DNA of 64,000 nt, taken from Rhina ancylostomus (taxonomy: Eukaryota). Positions 58,992-64,000 of the stretch are shown here, in pieces. The notes under the pieces were generated by a model. It was not told where the DNA came from. It worked only from the letters and a program-made list of their open reading frames with translations, and made no database searches. Position 1 is the first letter of the stretch. Each line of letters starts with the position of its first letter. Made by a program: the position numbers and the translations under genes. Location of the stretch: assembly GCA_030265395.1 (NCBI GenBank), contig JARFYF010000036.1, positions 22,594,386 through 22,658,385 of the forward strand, in the 5' to 3' direction.

Positions 58992-61179
58992 AGATGCCTT
59001 GCCAATTATATCCTGAATACCTTTCATATCACAATTGATTTCATAATTTTGAAAATTACTTAAGTGACTCGTGTTAGCTTTAGAAAATCTACCTAGTAAT
59101 TGTCTTCCAATTTTTATTATTTACAGGAAAGGGTTAAAATCAGGAATGAAAAGCCAACCAACAAATCTCTTGACAAAATGATTTCAAATTCTATTCAAGT
59201 AATGCATGAATATAGTTGGCATCCACACACAACCAAAATTATCTGTACAACCTATGCACCAACTGGAAATGTCAGCATTGCTGAGAGATTATAACCACAC
59301 CCAAGTTAATGAACTGGTTCTAGAAGCCTCTCTTATGTAATACCAGCAAGGATCTTGAATAAGAATAATCTTAAATGCTACATATTAAATTACTTTTGCC
59401 CAGGCTGACAAATGGCAACAACATTTTAGAACAATTTACAAGATACCAAACTGATTAAGTAAATTTGTGTCAAATATACAATAGCACTTATACTAATTGT
59501 GGAAGAATTCAAAAATATCATATCCATTTCCATCTCTAAAGATAGCATCCACCAAAATTAGATAAATGTTATAAAAGTTCTTGTTACCATTTGATGAAAA
59601 GGGACAGCAGGTTGCAAAGTGCATTGCCTGACAGAACAAACTTCAACCCTATTAAAAAGAATGCTTTATAAAGTACTGAAAACAGAAACTGTTTGAGATA
59701 TGGAATGTGGCATTAAGTCTATAAATCACAATTAGTCATATTGGAATTATGACCCTTGACATTTCTGCAATCAGCTGTTTTCCCAATAAACTATGGAACT
59801 ATTTCTTTTTAAAGCAATAATTGCTAGTATTGATATCAACCAGAGGAGCTACGGGGAGGCCCATAACATCTTTCATCATCCCTTATTTGTGAAGGAAAAT
59901 AAAATTCAGGCAATTCAACGATGCCAGTTGGAACTGCATGCCACCGATATGTCAAGTTGATTTGTGTTTCTTCCCCACCCAATGTTGCTGATGTGGAACT
60001 CACTGCTTGCAAGGTTCAGAGGCAGAAACTTTGTAGCATTTGAAAGGTTGAGTACTGGTAGCCTATGGTACCACCTTCGATTCTGGGATAGGCTGGCTCA
60101 CTCTCACAATGTTTGGAGGATTGTGGAGCAAATTTACTCACTATAAATCTGGCCAAAAATCAGAGAGAACTAGGCACACTCCTGACAACTGGGGCTGATT
60201 ATTGTCATGATAATGCAGAATTCTATTTAAAGAGCTATGGCCTTGTCTACACAGCGAGTCACACCGTCATTCCTGGTTATAAATCATATAGGACTCGAGT
60301 CCATAAGCAACTCATGCTATCAGTGACATGGCCCATGCCAGCTTCAGCAGTGACTTGCTGCCAAATGGTATTGAACATAAATTTGAAGTGCTGCATCTAT
60401 CAAGGATTTAAAACAAAGCACGTAGGCGACATTGAAGGTTGTAGATGACAGCTGTCTCCATTCACCTTTCTACTCCATTGCGTCTAGGTAACTGTTAGTT
60501 TCCAAGAGCAATTGACCAGAAAATTGGCCCTTGGATTAATAGTGATATGTTGGTAGCCTCTCACTTCTGTTGCTGCTGAGCTCTGTAAAATCTTCCACAA
60601 AGGCTCTCCTGATGTCATAAGTAGCCATTGTTTAAATATAGTACACTTGATGGAAAATAACATAAGGAATAACGCTCAAAAGAGGAAACCAAGTAATCCA
60701 CAAATGTAGCACCCAAGTTCCAGTTCTAAAGGCTTACCATCAAGCTTTTTGTCATGTGGAAAAAGGTGATTTTAATATATTACAAAAAAAGGAAAAAAAA
60801 TTGTTTACTAACATGCAAATCATATTAAACTATATAGTGATATGCAGAATACTCATGAACATTAGAAATCATAAAGTGGCATAGTCCATATATTAGCAAC
60901 TTGTTATACTGCCACTTAAGTGGTTTATCAGCATCCCAAGTATAAAATGGGTAAATAAATATTGGCATAACTTTAACTGTTAGCCAGTAATACTACAAAG
61001 CTTTTCCATTTCCAGCCCCTTCCCCACTCTTGAAAGGGGAAACGTACTTACAATGTCGGTGAAGCACAGACAAAATCTAACCTAACACTACATACAGTAT
61101 TTTGTTAGACTGTAGAAAAACAATAGGCAGATGATAGAAATATTATATCTTTTTGCTTCAGTATTAAGCAGTCAAACAT

Positions 61180-62395
61180 GACATTGGAAGATGAGTAATG
61201 AGATATTGTATTTAAAATAGAAAAAAGGACCATCATAAATGTGGAGCAGTCAGCTTAGTATCAGTGATAGGAAAAATAATGGAATCTCTACAAAGACAAT
61301 AGAAGCACACTTAAAAAATGGATTTGAAATGGGAAAAGCTGGCTCAATCATCCCAAAAGAATTTTCTTTTAATAAGAGTAGATTTACCTGCATTTTCAAA
61401 GGTCTTTGATAAGGCAGTACCTAACTGGCTTATGAATAAGATCAGAGAACACAGACTCGTGGGACAACTCACACAACGGATTCCTAGCTTGCATCAAGAC
61501 AGAAAGTGAAGTGATAGAAATAGGCAGATCATCAGTGAAAGATAGTTAGTGATGTTCCACAAGGACCAGTACAGAGGCCACTACTGTTCACAAATGACAG
61601 TGACAATTTAGACTTTGGAATTCAGAATATAATTTCTAAATTTGTGGACACTACCAAGTTTAGGGGTGTGGGACAGTCTAGTTAGTAAAAGGGGAAATGC
61701 AACAAGTTACAGGAGAACATTAAACTTACAAAATGGGAAATGAATAGCAAATGAAGTTCAACACAGTACATTTTGCTGGGAAGAACAGGGAGGTCACTTA
61801 TTTTTGCAAGATGCTATTTTAGGTGGTAGAGGGAAAAAAAAGGGGGATTTCCAAGTACAAATACCCCAATTCTACAAGTTGCACCATGATTAGTAAAGAC
61901 ATTTAAAAAAAGCAAAGCAAACTATGTGTTAAGGTTTGTTGCTACAGAGATGGAATTGAGAAGTAAAACGTTATGCTAAACCTGCATTAAACTTCTGTTA
62001 GACCTACACAGTTTACTGTGCACGCACAGTTCTGGTTTCCATTTTAATAAGAAGATAATAGGTACCAGAGAGGACATTGTAATAAATTTTTACAAAAAAT
62101 AACAGATACGTTAGAGCACACACATTGGGAAATGAGAAACAGATTGGTCTCTTGAGAAAATGCTCTGGGGGGTGACTTATTGGAAGTTTTTGTGAAAGTA
62201 CTTACAGAGACAATGTTTCATTTTGTGAAGAACATAATTAGAAGAATCAGACAACAGTCATCAACAAATTCAACCGCAAATTCAGAGGAGACTTCTTTAC
62301 CCAAAGAAATGGTGGGAATGTAGAACTGGTTACCACAAGAGTGATCAAGTTGAATGGCAACGATGCATTTATGGCTGGACAAGCATATGAAGGAG
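61180..62395 (+). mobile_element. Old CR1 LINE RT remnant
   Basis: DLPAFSKVFDKAVPNWLMNKIREH (cf. DFSKAFDKVPH), VPQG at ~61553, SKFVDTTK at ~61633 and FFTQR at ~62293. Many disruptions. Confidence 0.82.
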
Positions 62396-63009
62396 GAGAT
62401 ATCAGGTTAATTAACCAACATCACTTACAACCACAAGTTGCAAGAGCTGAATTGTTGCTGCTCAAGTGAACACTGGCGTCAATACAGCTCCTGTAACCTG
62501 ATGTTGTAAATGATGTTGGTTAATGAAACAATTGACAGGAGAAGAGGGTCCATGAATGTCTCTACTGTGAATCACAGAAAAGCCCAGCTTGTGAATGCAA
62601 AAGGTAGGGCTGAAGTGTTCACCAGCAGAATGGCAGTGTGAATAATTCTTCTGGAGCTCCTCCTCCATTACTCAGTCATCAGTTCACTGAATATATTCCA
62701 AGTACATTCTGTATACATTCCAGGTATTCGGAGGATATTGAATATTTCCAGCAATTTCTATTTTTATTTCAAATTTTCATCACCTGCAGTTTATTTGCTT
62801 TTGAGTATATCATGCAGTTCCACAAGCTGAGCACAAGGGATAAAACAAGGGCTTTACACCCCTGTACTACTTATGTTCTGTGATGTAAATTTAGTTATGT
62901 CCTTGGCTGCAACACCTCGATCTATCACCAAATTGTGAAACGTTGCCCAGGATCAATACAGCCCGTCCATTAGCAAACCTGGCATGCTCCCAGTCATTTA
63001 AGATCTTTT

Positions 63010-63340
63010 ATTGGATATGAATATCCCTGGCAATGGCACCCTAGGTGACTCTCAAACCAAGCAATCTGCAAACCCAGTTAAGAAGGCAGTTAAGGATAAT
63101 CATTTAGCCATGTTCACCGATTAACATACAACTGAATTGGATAAGGAATGCAGATTTTTTTTCCTTAAAGAACATTAGGGAGCTGGATGGGTTTTTAAAA
63201 TCAATCCATTAATTTTGTGGTAATTATTATTGATGCTGATTTTGTTTAAAGATTTAATCAAATTTAAAATCACCAAATACTTCCAGATCACTGTGGATTT
63301 CTAGTCTGGTAACACAGTCAATGTAATACTGTACCCCTTA
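63010..63340 (-). mobile_element. Old SINE-like interspersed repeat
   Basis: ttccttaaagaacattagggagctggatgggttttt resembles a common elasmobranch interspersed repeat (recall only). Confidence 0.45.
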
Positions 63341-63353
63341 AAATAATGGGAAG

Positions 63354-63427
63354 AGTTGGCAACAGTTTAACCAAGGGACACTTGTTTATCAGTTGGCAAC
63401 AGTTTAACCAAGGGACACTTGTTTATC
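63354..63427. repeat. Perfect 37-bp tandem duplication
   Basis: agttggcaacagtttaaccaagggacacttgtttatc x2. Confidence 0.95.
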
Positions 63428-64000
63428 AACATGCAATTTATAGTAATTTTAAGTCCTTTTACTATACTGCTGCCACAGAACAACACATTTCATGTCATAC
63501 AAATCAGTGATAATAAACTTGATTCTGATTTTGACTGACTTTCTCACTTGCACTTGGTTTGGGCTCTAGGCTCCTAACTGCACTGCAGTCTTGAGTAAGA
63601 GTATAGGTAGATAGGAAGGAAAGTACAAGTACACTATATGGTCCTTGAGCCTACACAGACATTCAAAAAGATCATTACTGGTTCTATACCTCAAAACTAC
63701 TTTCATGCCCAGTCTTGTATTGTTCAATTCCTGTGTGCAAAAAGATATTCAATGACTGAGAAACCACAACCCTGTGAAGAGAGTTCCAAAGATTTACAAT
63801 TTTCTAAAAATAAATTTCTCAAAGGATCTCTTTTTACAGAACTTGCTTCCACAGATTAAAGGGGTTGGATGGCATCATAATGAAACCGATGTGCAAAATC
63901 TGAGACTGGATGGGCCCAAATGTCTTGCCTCAATTGTCTTGCCAGAAATGACATCTAAAGGAACAGAATACATCAAAGTACACTACCTCTCCATTGAAGA

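Noticed and set aside
59964-60448. Plus-strand ORFs of 60 and 111 aa upstream of the gene
   Set aside because: No recognisable homology or exon structure; the lengths are expected by chance.
1-64000. CRISPR arrays, operons, tRNA or rRNA genes, intact autonomous transposons
   Set aside because: None seen. This is eukaryotic intron-rich DNA, the tRNA-like boxes belong to SINE heads, and all TE ORFs are truncated or frameshifted.

Overview
AT-rich vertebrate genomic DNA with scaffold N-gaps. The repeat content (V-SINE/HE1-type SINEs, CR1, Rex-Babar, RTE, Penelope, Harbinger relics) suggests a cartilaginous fish; this is inference. The window holds one complete 9-exon protein-coding gene on the minus strand (ATG at 52277, TGA at 2988-2990; 1194 nt CDS, 397 aa), assembled by hand from GT-AG exons with consistent phases. 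It encodes a DEPTOR-family protein (two DEP domains, linker, PDZ). Its linker lacks the canonical SSGYFS beta-TrCP phosphodegron, so it may be a divergent DEPTOR paralog. Everything else is intron or flank filled with decayed, often nested transposons. Other points of interest: strong-context uORFs upstream of the start codon, a ~530-bp diverged direct repeat that closely brackets an RTE LINE fragment, hammerhead-ribozyme remnants in Penelope tails that lie antisense to the gene, and a stop codon aligned with the terminal Cys of human DEPTOR. I found no convincing wholly new biological system. Repeat boundaries are approximate, family calls and comparisons to human DEPTOR are from memory, and no database search was run.
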